A stretch of DNA of 64,000 nt from Macrostomum lignano (Eukaryota), in the NCBI GenBank assembly GCA_002269645.1, contig NIVC01003823.1, positions 1 through 64,000 of the forward strand. Reading direction: 5' to 3'. The notes under the pieces were generated by a model. The model saw only the letters and a list, made by a program, of their open reading frames with translations, did not search any database and was not told the DNA's origin. Below, one piece after another: positions 47,909-59,862 of this stretch. The position numbers and the translations under genes were made by a program. Every line of letters begins with the position of its first letter. Within the stretch, counting starts at the first letter, position 1.

Positions 47909-50405
47909 AAAAATGGCATTACGTTTTTAGTACAATCTATTAATTTTTTTCAAGTGAAAATATTTTTAGTTGTAAATTAGCCACATATTTTTTCAAACGC
48001 TCTCTAAACTCATAGGCTTTTCAGATCAGCGCAATAACAGTAGAAATACCAAGGGTAAGACTAGTTAAAGATGCCTAGCAGGCAGTTGAGCTTTGCCCAC
48101 TATAGAAGCTTAGTCGCTAAATGGTGTCCATAGTCGCCTGGTGCTTGCCGTCGTAGGATATTTTTTTGATATTTATCCAGAAGCTCCTAAAAGGCGAGAC
48201 GACCGGTGGCCGCTGATGTCGGAGATGATAGAGACTAATGTGGTCGAGGCCGCACTGAGGTTCTGTGCCAATTGGCTCACAGGGGTGTGCTGAATGCACC
48301 GAAGTTCGGGGAGAATCTCTGAATATCTCGACGGTCTGGAGGTTCTAAAAAAACGATTGGTTTACTCATAAAACGGTTGAAAAATGACTTGGTATTCGTA
48401 CTGTTTAGCTTAATTTAGAAATCATTTAACCGTAACAAGGCCATATATTTCTGTGCCATTTGAACCCAAGAACATACATATATGCTTAAAATTTGTCATC
48501 TCGCAGCTTGATCTATCCCTCTTCCAGTTTAACTAGCTTGATCAAATTTTATCTGCTTGATTAGTGAATATGCTGCTGCCAGTTGACATTGATTTAGCAG
48601 AGTTCCTGTGTTCATGCAATCTGCGCAGCTTGGTGTTTATCTTTTTTATCTAAATTTTTTATTCTACTTAACCTTCCCCCTTTTGAGTTGAGGCGCCGAT
48701 TTTTAACCATTTTTAATCACAAATCGTATAAAATATATCCCCCCATTCAGACTTCTAATCCTATTCAGCAGTCCGACGTTATTTCGACGTCTGTCGATGC
48801 TGTTGGTAAACGCCTATTATGACGTCATTATCCGTCTTCGAAAAATACCCAAACTCCAGCAACGTCCATCAACATCGAGTACGTCGGGTCAGTGGCGGCG
48901 CCACTGGAGGGGGACTGTAGTCCCGCGGGACCACCGGTACCACCCCAAGGGAGATGAACACCCAATGAATACTCTGTGGATCCTTACATCGATTCGATTC
49001 GAGTACATATATGTCAGCGACGTCGATAGACACCGGAAATGTAGGTCGATGTCGCCGATGTCGGATTGCTGAACGGGCTGGTTGGTTCCAACAATGTATA
49101 AGCTTTTGCAATAAAAATATTAACCGCGCAAATCTTTTTTTCTTGTTTATTTATTGAATTGGGGGTGCTGCGCTAACACTGCGTCGGGTCAGATACGTCG
49201 GCGTCGTATATGACGTCGGAATGTTGCACGGGAATTGGGGCTACTGGATCGGTTTACTGCATGCCCGAACGAGCCTCAATCTTATCATTGAAAGCAACTT
49301 TTCAGTTAATTTATGTGTAGTTCCGTGCTTTAAAGCCTAAAAGACCCATCTAGGGCGACTGTCGGATTTCGTAAATAAAAAACTGGGTAAAAATTTACAT
49401 GTGGCCAGGTTTGTACGTTTACTTGATTGTTTTATATGTAAGTTCAATTATCACCAGCTCTTATGTTCTATTGACCAAGAAACGAATGAACTCTGATAAA
49501 TACATGAACTGTAGCTACTGCATTTTGAAAGAGAGCCTCAGGACGAGGCAAAAAGCGTGCTGAAATATCCCCACTGGATGTTATACATATGATATGCATT
49601 TGCAAGAACAAAAAGTACATTTACGCTGGTAATCAATACATACACATGTACCGGCTAAAATTAATGTATATAACTTAAGTACCCGTCAAACAAAACAATG
49701 TCGGAGACGCCCAGGCGTTTGCCCTTTGCGCTTACATGATGAGGACGCACTTTTTCGATCTTAGAATCGCGCCTGAATTCAAATCTTCTTCTCTCTTACT
49801 CGTAGTAGGCTAGGTTATGGTTCTTCTTTTTTTCAGCGCATCATATACTAATTTTAGGGATCGATTTTTTAGATCAACCTGTCTGGACCAACTTTTATTT
49901 ATAATCTGTCACATGTTACCTATCACTTTTAGCATTAAAGGGCTTGGAGAAGTGATCATTAGTCAACTCTTTTCTCTCAATTATTTGGTATTTATGATTG
50001 GTTATAATTCTCCAATCTGTCATTTTATAAACGCCTAGCGTGTCCCTTTCGACGTCAAGGTGTCTTGAGAGAGTTTCTCACCATTATTTATTACTTATGC
50101 CTGTTGAGTTCCCGGGCGTGCATGAGGGGCAGTCCGATGCAGAAGGTTTTTGAGTCTTGAGCTCAGCCAATCAGAGTCAAGCTTATCAGACGTACAGGAC
50201 CCATTCAATCAGAAAACGGGAAAGGGCGGCAGAAAACGGGGGGGACAGCAAACAGGCGGACAAAAAGGGGGCGGGAGGCTGCCCAGCGGCAGACAGCAAC
50301 CCGGAGCGAGGGCGAGGGCGAGGGAACTGCTGATGGTGGGTCGACGCCAAACACTAAACTTGCGGCTCACTAGTAACTAGTATTAGTAATGTAATAATAA
50401 TAATT

Positions 50406-50656
50406 GATTACACCTGCCTATATTAGCTATTGCGCGGCGCATCTGAAGGCTGCGTACGGCTGTTCAGTCTAAGGACTGGGGGGTCGCCACACACCCTGAA
50501 TTACCCCAGCTAATGCTGGCACCCATTTTACAGCTGGGTGAGCTGAAGCAATGCAGAGTTGAGTGTCTTGCTCAAGGTAACAAATTGTTCCAGTGGGATC
50601 GGGAATCGAACCCCGACCTTTAAGTCGTGAGTCCGACGCTCACCACTAGGCTACAA
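50406..50656 (-). mobile_element. CORE-like SINE, copy 3
   Basis: Reverse-complement match to 6153-6426 and direct match to 41487-41764. Confidence 0.85.
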
Positions 50657-51249
50657 TCATTTTTGTCAATGTGGCCTTCGTCGATCACCGGCAGCGATTG
50701 GCCTCTTTCTCAGTGGCCTGCTAGCTTGGATTTGCAATTTTTCGTATTTCGTTTTCATGTGCTGAACTTGGACAGGAGTTTAATTCAATTGCGAATGAGT
50801 TTGGTTTTCATTTTCTCTGACTCAGTTTGAAGAATTTCATGTAAATATAACTGAAGAAATCATGTAAATATAAGTGAAGGATATGAAGTATTGCTTAAAT
50901 AAGAGGAAAATATTTGTTTTACTGGTAAGCGAAAGTATAATTGGAATTTCTTGGATAAGAAAATTTTCCAAGCAAAACTTCGCATGGTACTTTTAGCAGT
51001 AAAGCATATCTGATACGAGCAAGTGGTCTTGTGCGATGCCTGTTCAGAGAAAAGGTTCTTTGAATAAAGAGATTTAAATTTTTACGTATCTGAGGTGCGT
51101 GAAGCGACAGAGACAGCGCACAGGAAGCCGACTAAGAAGAAGAGAGAATAACCAGGGACTCCTAAAGAAAGGTGCTAGCTCAAGAAGTCCTGGAATAACA
51201 TAGGGATCGACACACGCTCGCGAAACAGGCGGAAGGGGCAAGGTCTGGG

Positions 51250-51430
51250 GGCTGAGACCCAGCGCCTGCAAGTCAGCCAAAAAACAGTCTGTCAGCGTCT
51301 CAGTTCGCCCTTGGCCATGGCGCTTCCGCTCTGTCGGCTGGTGCTGGAGGACCAGCGCTAACAGGACTTGGTCGCCGAGGCCGTGACTCGGTAGGCAGTG
51401 GCCCAGCAGCGTGTGGCAAAGGGAGATCCA
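51250..51430 (-). mobile_element. RTE-like LINE ORF2 3' remnant
   Basis: The minus strand reads LLGHCLPSHGLGDQVLLALVLQHQPTERKRHGQGRTETLTDCFLADL, which resembles the GH..R....LW.P..GKR.RGRP..TW.D..DL C-terminus of RTE elements. Confidence 0.45.
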
Positions 51431-51678
51431 AACAATAAGCAAGGCTAGGAGTAAAGACAGGGGGTGTGGGTAAAAAAATTAACAAGTAGAGAAAATCGAT
51501 AAACACGTAGAACAGATAAAAGAGAAAAGTTATTCAGCATAAAAAAGAATCTGAATTCCAAAAGATACTCTGAACATTTCATCGCTCAGTAGTAAGTAAG
51601 ACTTAACAGTAGTAAGATATTTTAGATATTGAATATCTAAAAAAGCAGCAAAACAGAAGTCGTGTGATTTGAAGCCAG

Positions 51679-52983
51679 CTATTCAAGGAAGGGCCAAACC
51701 AGGAACGCGAACAAAATGGTGAAAATCGCCACACAACCCATAACGGCCATAAGCCGCTCCACGGCGGTTGAAGCTGTTTTCCAGTCCGAGCGCCTCTCGC
51801 CGTCATCGCTCGCCTTGCTCACCGCGGAGTCATCGCTGTCTCTTTCTGGCGCCGTCCTGACGCCCCCTCGTCGCTCACCGCACAGCAGCGCTCGGCCCAG
51901 GCAACACACGAACACGAACCGGAGACACGACGGCATCGGCTGAGACTCCGCAGCGAAGTGGAACCGAATCGCCACCGCCGTGAGCAGCAGAGACGTCGTC
52001 GACAGCACCATGGCCGCCGTGATGAATGACGCCACGGCCGGCATCGACTGCGACTTGGGCAGCAGGCCGTCCAGCAGCAGCAGGAACACCGTGTAGCTCA
52101 GCATGATGGTGATGCCGAAGCTCAGCTTCTCTCCAGACTCGACTGGCACGAAGAAGACGAGCACCTGGAGCAGCGTGAGCAGCAGCAGGGGAGTAACCAC
52201 GTTGAGCATGTAGTAAGTGGACACCCGCTCGATCTCCAGTTGTACCACGTAGGTCGGCAGCGGCATTTTCGGTTGTCCTTTGAAAACTTCATACTTTTTG
52301 TTGCGCACGAACGTGCTCAAGTTCAGCAGATTCCATTCGCTGTTCCTAACATAGGCCCCCACTTCATTGAATTCCACTGATGGGCCATACTGAAGGCTGC
52401 CCTTTTTTACAGCAGGATGTCCTTTTCCCCGCCCCTGATCGTTAGCGAACAACTCCAAGTCGCAGGTGTGCCGATCGAACGGAAACCGACGCATGTCGAA
52501 TTCGCAGGAGAACTCCCACTCACGCCTCCAGATGGCTGATACCACTGACTTTTCTGGTGCCACGGATGTGATGTAGGGTGGGAACTGTGGACTCAGAAGC
52601 TGGTTTTCTCCAATGCCAGTGCACAAAAATATCACGGGGAAGTAGATTCTGCCGATCTCCCAATCTATCACAGTGATGTTGCCAAACTCTTTAGGATCCC
52701 AGACCAGTCTTTCCTCATACCAAGTTGCAAACATCAGGGCAGTAATTTTAATGCTCTGCTTGGCGCTGTCCACACTCACAATCTGACCTATCGAGGTGGA
52801 CAAGTAGACGCTCATTGACTGACTGTCCAAGGCTGGTAGCAGAGTCGGGCTGTAGTCTGTGATGTTGTTTTTCAGATACTTCAGCAAAGCCGCCTCGAAA
52901 TCTTGCTTAGGCATCTTGGAGTAGCAGCTGGTCAGCTGGGTTGCGATGGCAACAAAAAGCAATAATTTTCTGAGCTGCAACAT
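51679..52983 (-). CDS. Intronless Cys-loop ligand-gated ion channel subunit (nAChR/5-HT3-like, cation-type), 434 aa
   Basis: Signal peptide MLQLRKLLLFVAIATQLTSCYS, then WYEERLVWDP, the Cys-loop CEFDMRRFPFDRHTC, the M1-M2 linker VPVESGEKLSFGITIMLSYTVF and four hydrophobic helices. Single open frame. Confidence 0.92.
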   Translation of the reverse strand: MLQLRKLLLFVAIATQLTSCYSKMPKQDFEAALLKYLKNNITDYSPTLLPALDSQSMSVYLSTSIGQIVSVDSAKQSIKITALMFATWYEERLVWDPKEFGNITVIDWEIGRIYFPVIFLCTGIGENQLLSPQFPPYITSVAPEKSVVSAIWRREWEFSCEFDMRRFPFDRHTCDLELFANDQGRGKGHPAVKKGSLQYGPSVEFNEVGAYVRNSEWNLLNLSTFVRNKKYEVFKGQPKMPLPTYVVQLEIERVSTYYMLNVVTPLLLLTLLQVLVFFVPVESGEKLSFGITIMLSYTVFLLLLDGLLPKSQSMPAVASFITAAMVLSTTSLLLTAVAIRFHFAAESQPMPSCLRFVFVCCLGRALLCGERRGGVRTAPERDSDDSAVSKASDDGERRSDWKTASTAVERLMAVMGCVAIFTILFAFLVWPFLE

Positions 52984-53975
52984 TTTAGTGAAACAATTGC
53001 GGGTAGAGTCAGTCGATGCAGCTCGCGTGACAAGTATCAATTCTAAGGTAGTGAATGCCTTTAATATTGCATTTCGACACTCAAATATACTTCTCCACAG
53101 CCAATGAAGATCGATTCAAGGTGAGTTTCTTAAGCTTAAAGGAATTCAGCGTCGCTAAAGTCTGAGCTAGAAGCACCATCACGAGCAGACTTTATTTAAT
53201 GAAAGCTTTTCCCGCCGAACAGGTTCGGTAAACAAGAAGGTTCAGTGCGGAGAGGGTTAGCTTCATCGAATTTCTGGATCGCAATTCGCAAAGCTATAGT
53301 ATGGACTATTTGAGGGTAAGTTGACTCTGCTAGACAATGGGAGCAGTGCGCTTTACCTTCTGCAAATTTGAACTAGAATTCAATTCCTTTTAAGCAGTAC
53401 ACACATCTTTGCTGGGAGCTTTCAGTCAGCTTGAGAACCAGAAATTTTACTCTCCAAAAGCCCATTGCTGAGCCTAGTTTTACATACCTCTACCACAATG
53501 AATCTCTCTCACTTTCTCTCTTCAGTCCCAATTCTTCACTACTTCTGTTTGCCACTTCAATAGCAGGAAAATCCGTTGTCATGGACGCTAGCTCACGCTA
53601 TTCATGGAAAGCAAGTGATATCTATTATTCATGAGGCTGAGCCCACTTAATTCTCTACAGTGAATTAGACGGAGAACAATTTCAAATTTCTTTCTGAGGC
53701 AGCGCGATGCAACCCCAAGGTACAGAGAGTGTACATGCCTGACCATTTGAAAGTCAAAGGGCCGCTGAACATCCTGTGTGAGCGCGTGTATGAGTGCATG
53801 CCTGCGCACAGCATTGGCGCCCTTGTATGTGATCAGGAGTCAGTGGAATGGACTGAATTGCCTGAGCGCTGATTGTGGGACGATGTCACTGAAATACAAA
53901 GAAATAGTCCAGTCCCACTAGTTGCGGTTGAAAGCTTCTATTGAGAAGTCACATGACAATCGAAGGACAGAAAGA

Positions 53976-54440
53976 GTAGTATTGGTTTTGTCAGCCTAAC
54001 TGAGAATAAAGCCATCCAAAGTGAGAATCCTGCCTACGCTGACTGCGAAGGGCCTGGCTGCGTGCAGCCTTAGTCTATGGGCCATAGACTATAAAGGATA
54101 AGCAAAGTGATAAAAAGCCATCCAATGTGAGAATCTTGCCTACGCTGAATACGAAGGGCCTAGCTGCGTCCAGCCTAGTCTATGAGCCATAGACTATAAA
54201 GGATAAGCTAGGATTGGCTAGTCATATGGCTCAGAAGCTCAGAAGGTATAAAAATAAAAGAATACGACGCATAGACCAATCGATTCTCACATTTGATGGC
54301 TTTTTATCACTTTGCTTGTCCTTTATTGTCTATGGCCCATAGACTAAGGCTGCACGCAGCCAGGCCCTTCGCAGTCAGCGTAGGCAGGATTCTCATTTTG
54401 GGTGGCTTTATTCTCAGTTAGGCTGACAAAAGCAATAGTA
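53976..54440. mobile_element. Foldback MITE with ~145-bp inverted arms and an internal direct duplication
   Basis: 53991-54137 is the reverse complement of ~54284-54428. The left arm is partly repeated directly at ~54115-54210. Confidence 0.8.
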
Positions 54441-55062
54441 AATTTGGAGGCTAACGTGACGAATCATAAACTTTATAGAAAAACGCTTTATATGAATTTT
54501 AACCGTAGACAAAACAAATATTTACATGCAAAACAAATTTATTTAAAAGCGGCTTATCATATCTCAGCTTCTATCCATGCCAAATTTCATTACAGGTGAT
54601 GTAGGCACGTCCTGGACCCCAACAAATTTTTGTGCACCCTCCCTTCCTCCTCTGTGATTTTTGCGCCCCCGTGATACTCATTGAGATGAGTCATCACGAT
54701 GACTTATGCTTATCTCCCACTCCAATCCCCCGCGCACCAACCCCATCTCCTTTCTTTTGTTAGAAACCACTCATGCGTGCGACAGTTTTAGGTCCCCTTA
54801 CCTCCGCAAGCTTTTTCTTGCCTGTTACGGAATCCCCCATCTTAAATCATTTTTCTCCGCTGCGCCCAACCCCAATTTCTCGTCCAATCACAGCGCGGCT
54901 GGCGGGTGACGTCATCAGGGTTTGCTTGGTAACGGAGCTCTAGGACAAGACACGGCCTTTAATATCACGCGGGCGGGGCGGGCGCGGGCTCTCGCGGGAA
55001 TACCTCGGCGGGAAAACTTCCTGTGGGAAATCTCGTGCTCCCTTCCCCCTCTTTTGTGTTTG

Positions 55063-55340
55063 TGTTAGGGTTGGTATTAGAGTTTAGGTTTAGGGTTAGG
55101 TTCAGGGTTATAGCGTTAAGATTCGGGTTAGGGCTAGGGTTAGTTTAGCTTATAACTTAGCTCATGTAGCTTATTAAAAATGTTTATCATGGAAGCGTCA
55201 TGCAAAAATAATGGAAGCGTCATGTGAAAAATCGTGGAAGCGTCATGCAAAAAATCATAGAAGCATCATGCAAAAACTCATGGACAAAATATTTAATTTA
55301 AGGTTATGTTTAGAGTTAGGGTTAGGGCTAGGGCTATTAG
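55063..55340. repeat. Degenerate TTAGGG-like tracts flanking a short ~22-bp tandem repeat
   Basis: tttagggttagggttcagggtt... and ttagggttagggctagggcta flank four tcatggaagcgtcatgcaaaaa-type units. Confidence 0.7.
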
Positions 55341-55439
55341 AAGTTTGACAGGAGATTTTTTAAGATTTCAAGGCTACATGTAGCTTATTAAAAAAATGTG
55401 CATTGCATTTCTTTGTCTCCTCAACGGGGGGCGTAGATT

Positions 55440-58400
55440 GCTAGTAACTAACTAAGAATACACTAAGAATAATCACAATATACTAAATCTCTAAGGTTTG
55501 ACCGGTATTCCAGTCTACAGCCTGAATGCCTGAACCGATTTTTTTCAAACTTGCTTCATTCAATTGCATAACACCACAGTGTCACACTTCCCCCTGAGTC
55601 AGTTCCCCCCTTCACAGCTGTAGTCTCTGAGGTGGGCCTCGAACCCTCAGTGGTTACCGCCGAGAAGTGCCAGGCTCGAGTCGCACACCGCTCGTAGGCT
55701 CGTAGGCTCGACGTCAGTGCCGGACGCCCCCTCGCTGGCCGTGACGGCGGGGGTTTCGGCGTCAGCGCTTCGCACGCCACTGTCACTCGGGGCGGCGCCG
55801 TCATCCGTAGCAGGCGGCGGATGGACGGTGTCAGCGGAGTCAGCGCGGGCTGCCACCAGCTGATCAGTGTGCCGGAAGTGCTGGCCACGCTCCGAGTCAA
55901 CCGTGTAGTTGCGGCTGCCGGCGCCCGTGACGACGCCCTCAGCCCAGCGTGGCATGTCGCCGGCTCTCGCGCCGGCGCTGTAGTCGCGGAGGAGGACGTG
56001 ATCACCCAGCTGAAACTCGCGCGCCGGTCTGCGTCCCTGCAGCTGTCGCTCCTGCCGCCGTTGAACGTCATCGGTCAGCGACGGTGCCAAGAGGTCCAGG
56101 CGGCAGCGAAGCCGACGGCCGATGAGCAGCTGACTCGGGGCAACGCCGCTGATGCTGTGTGGAGTGTTGCAAAAGCTGAGCAGCAGTCGCTGAAGCTCGA
56201 CGTCGGAGTGGCCGCTCTTGAGCAGATGTCGCTTCAGGACTTGCACAAACCTCTCGGGGTCTACGACGTTTGCCTGCGGGACGTTTGCCAGCCGACGTTT
56301 GCCTGCGGGACGTTTGCCAGCCGACATTTGCCAGCCGACGTTTGCCAGCCGACGTTTGCCAGCGGGACGTTTGCCAGCCGAAGTTTGTCTGCCGGACGTT
56401 TGCCTGCGGGACGTTTGCCAGCCGACGTTTGCCAGCCGACGTTTGCCAGCCGACATTTGCCAGCCGACATTTGCCAGCCGACATTTGCCAGCCGACGTTT
56501 GCCAGCGGGACGTTTGCCAGTCGGACGTTTGCCAGCCGACATTTGCCAGCCGACGTTTGCCTGCCGGACGTTTGCCTGCCGGACGTTTGCCAGCCGACGT
56601 TTGCCAGCCGGAAGTTTGCCAGCCAAAATTTGCTAGCCAATATAGAGCCAGTTAGTGAAAAATTTGATACTGAAACATTCGCAGTTTAGCGGTTTGACAA
56701 AAACCGTTTTTACTCCAACTTTTTGACGGTTATTTGCATATATACAAGTTTGAAAGCAAAATCTATAAATTATGAAATTTATGCAAAATCTATATAAATT
56801 ATGCAATTTATATAGATTTACATCTAATATCCAGTTTAACAACGATTTTCTTTGAATGTGAAAATATTGTTTACTTTTGACAATTGTGTATCGTTTTTCC
56901 CAGTTTGAGATGTTTGATTTTTGATGTGCGAAAGAAGACGCGCAGATTACAACGGGAATCTCCAGCGATTAAGTTAATGAGGCAAACAAAAAGAGCTGCT
57001 GAGCGGTAATTCTGGCTCATATATTTCTCAGTTCATTGGGAGATCTAAAAGTAAGCAAATTGATTCCAATGCTGTTGTATTACTACTCAAGTAAGCAAGG
57101 AAACCGCGATCTCAACGTACATGTGTAGACGAGTCGAATGCGGTACGTTTTTATAGTAAGCTATATAGCTGAATAGCCAGACAAGCCGCCAGTAGCAAGC
57201 TAGTAGAATAGCAAGCGCTAGACACTACGTATGCAAAGCTTAGTCATGCCAAGGACTACTAAAGTAGAAGTACGCAGCACTCGAAATCTATGAAAAATGT
57301 TTTGAAGGCCATAGGGAGATAGGAAGTTTTCATCTTTTCAGCACAACAATTGTTATTGCTTTCATACGAGGCAAACCCAATGTTCATCTTTTGATATGTT
57401 GTGCCAAAATCGTTGTTAAACTAGATATTAGACGTTAGACTGATGAACTGCATAATTTATATATTTTGCTTTCAAACTTGTATACATGCGAATAACCGTC
57501 AAAAAGTTGGAGTAAAAACGGTTTTTGTCAAACCGCTAAACTGCGAATGTTTCAGTATCAAATTTTTCACTGACTGGCTTTATATTGGCTAGCAAATTTT
57601 GGCTGGCAAACTTCCGGCAGGCAAACGTCGGCTGGCAAACGTCGGCTGGCAAACGTCCGGCAGGCAAACGTCCGGCAGGCAAACTTCGGCTGGCAAACGT
57701 CCGGCAGGCAAACTTCGGCTGGCAAACGTCCCACTGGCAAACGTCGGCTGGCAAACTTCGGCTGGCAAATGTCGGCTGGCAAACGTCCCGCAGGCAAACG
57801 TCGGCTGGCAAACGTCCCGCAGGCAAACGTCGCTATCCCAACCTCTCGGCCTGGCCGTTGGTGGCGGCATGAAACGGCGTCGAGAACACGTGACGAATGC
57901 CGTTAGCCCAGGTGAGCTCGGCGAACTCAGCGGAGGCGAACTGCGACCCGTTGTCGGACACCACGGTGCGTGGAATGCCTTGGCGCGCGAACATCTCCCG
58001 CAGCGCCGCGATGGTGGCCGCCGACGTTGTAACGCGCATCCGCTGGACCTCCGGCCACTTGCTATGAGCATCGACCACCACAGGTACGTGTGACCGTCGA
58101 CCGGACTGGCAAAGTCGCTCCCATGGCTCGGACGGCAGAGGACACGGTTGCACCGGCGCCTTGGGCGGGTCGGGCTGGTTGAGCTGACAGGTGCGGCAGG
58201 ACTTGGCCACGGCTACCGGCCAAGTCCTGCCAAGGCCGAAGCCAAGGCTGGGCCACCACACGTAGCTGCGAGCCAGGGAGCGCATTCTGATGATGCCGGA
58301 ATGCGCCTGATGTAACTCTTGGATCACGTGTTGACGCAGCGCGGTCGGCACGACGACCTTTGCGCCCCACAGGACACAATCTTGGTCGACCGGTTGGCCG

Positions 58401-59545
58401 CCGGGCGAAGTCGCTCAGGTTAGCGCCGATGGGCGCGCTGGTTTGTAAGCAGCGAAGCACCCGACCGAGTGAGGCGTCCGTCCTAGTGTGCCGCGCCACC
58501 GCCAGCGCCGTGATGGCCGACCCAGAGCCCTCGTCGAGCAGCAGTGAGTTGACGGCCGCCTCCTCCTCGAACAGGTGCGACAGCGGCAGCCGCGAGAGCG
58601 AGTCGCAGTTTGCATGCGTTTCGGTCGGCCTGAACTCCAGCGTATAGTCGTAGCTCGACAGCCGAATGGCTCAGCACTGCATCCGGGCGGCCGGCCGCGT
58701 GTGCCGGGATGCCCTTGCGCTCGCCAAGCAGACCCAGCAGCGGCAGATTTGGATTGTAGTGCACGACAACCGAGGACTCGAGCAGCAGCCGCTTGGCCTC
58801 TGCGAATGCCTGTTGCTGCGGTGGCCCCATGACCAGCGAGTGTTCTTGGCCAAGAGCTGGTGGAGCGGCGCCAGACAAGTTGGGCAGGAACTTGCAGTAC
58901 TGCGCTAGCATGCCCAGAAACGAGTGCAGCTGGCTGACGTCCTTGGGTGCTGGCGCGTCCTGGACGGCGGTGACCCGATCCGGCAGCGGCTTGAGTCCGC
59001 TGGCATCGATCCGATGGCTGAGGTACTCAACAGAGTCCTCGAAGAATTTGCATTTCTCCTTGTTGAGTCGTAGGCCGGGGTCCTTAAAGCGCCGCAGGAC
59101 CAGCGCCAGGTTCCTCTTGTGCTGTTCCATTGTGCTGCCGGTGACCAGAATGTCTTCGACGAAGATTTGGACGGCGTCCAGGTCTCCCAGAAGGGTGTCC
59201 AGGGTGCGTTGAAAGATCGCGCTGGCGCTCGTGATACCGAATGGGAGGCGATTGACCTGGAAGAGGCCTTTAGACGTGTTGATGGTGAGAAACGCCTTTC
59301 TGTCGTCGGCCAGCGCGGGTGCTGCAAGGTGTTGGACAGTTCGAGCTTGGTCCACTTGAAGCCGCCGCCGAGCTTGGCGAAGAGGTCCTCGATGCGAGGC
59401 AGCGGGTAGTGCTCCGGCTTGCTCGCCGTGTTGTAGGTCGTCAGCTTGTGTAGTCCCCGCAAATCCGAACGCTGCCGTCCTTCTTGACGACCGGCACGAT
59501 CCGCGCAGCCCAGTCGCTGTGCTTCACGGCGGTGATGATGCCACT
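55440..59545 (-). mobile_element. Decayed Ty3/Gypsy LTR retrotransposon (RT, RNase H remnant, integrase, PPT, start of 3' LTR)
   Basis: RT: YPLPRIEDLF..GLFQVNRLPFGITSASAIFQR..IFVEDILV. Integrase: HQAHSGIIRMRSLARSYVWWP..C..C, VVVDAHSKWPEV, SDNGSQF and NGQAER|FVQVLK. The PPT agggggaag (55595-55587) is followed by TGTGAC. Many frameshifts; gag and the 5' LTR are absent. Confidence 0.92.
56257..57839. mobile_element. Foldback/MULE-like non-autonomous element with minisatellite-containing TIRs and a 9-bp TSD, inserted in the Gypsy integrase
   Basis: TSD aacctctcg at 56248-56256 and 57840-57848; termini GGG...CCC. The outer arms are arrays of ~10-14 bp ccgacgtttgccag units; the inner ~230 bp unique arms are reverse complements. 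Confidence 0.9.
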
Positions 59546-59622
59546 GGACTGAAAACTGAATTGTTTGTTTGATGTGCAGCTACATCACCAGGTCATGCAT
59601 AAAAGTGCTGCTAGAGATCAGA

Positions 59623-59862
59623 GACTACTCAATACTCGGGACGGGAAACGACAATATTTTGGAGGCCGATCTATTAATAACTTACATGTAGTCCTCGAAA
59701 AGCATCGCTTGGATAGGTTTATACCAGACACAAACTCACTGACTACAAGGTAGGGCCTAATCGAAGAATGCTTTTCGAGGACTACGTAAGTTAATGTATT
59801 ATACAAGTGTTGTAGATCGGCCTCAAAATATTTTCGTTTCCTGTCCCGAGTATTGAGTAGTC
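59623..59862. mobile_element. Small MITE with ~50-bp TIRs
   Basis: gactactcaatactcgggacgggaaacga..ggccgatcta versus tagatcggcc..cgtttcctgtcccgagtattgagtagtc, with a second internal inverted pair. Confidence 0.75.

Noticed and set aside
48740-49240. Possible MITE with ccgacgt-rich ends
   Set aside because: The inverted similarity is short and patchy, with no TSD found.
56068-57872. ORFs with repeated ADVCQPTFAS / RLANVGWQTS
   Set aside because: Translations of the Foldback-arm arrays.
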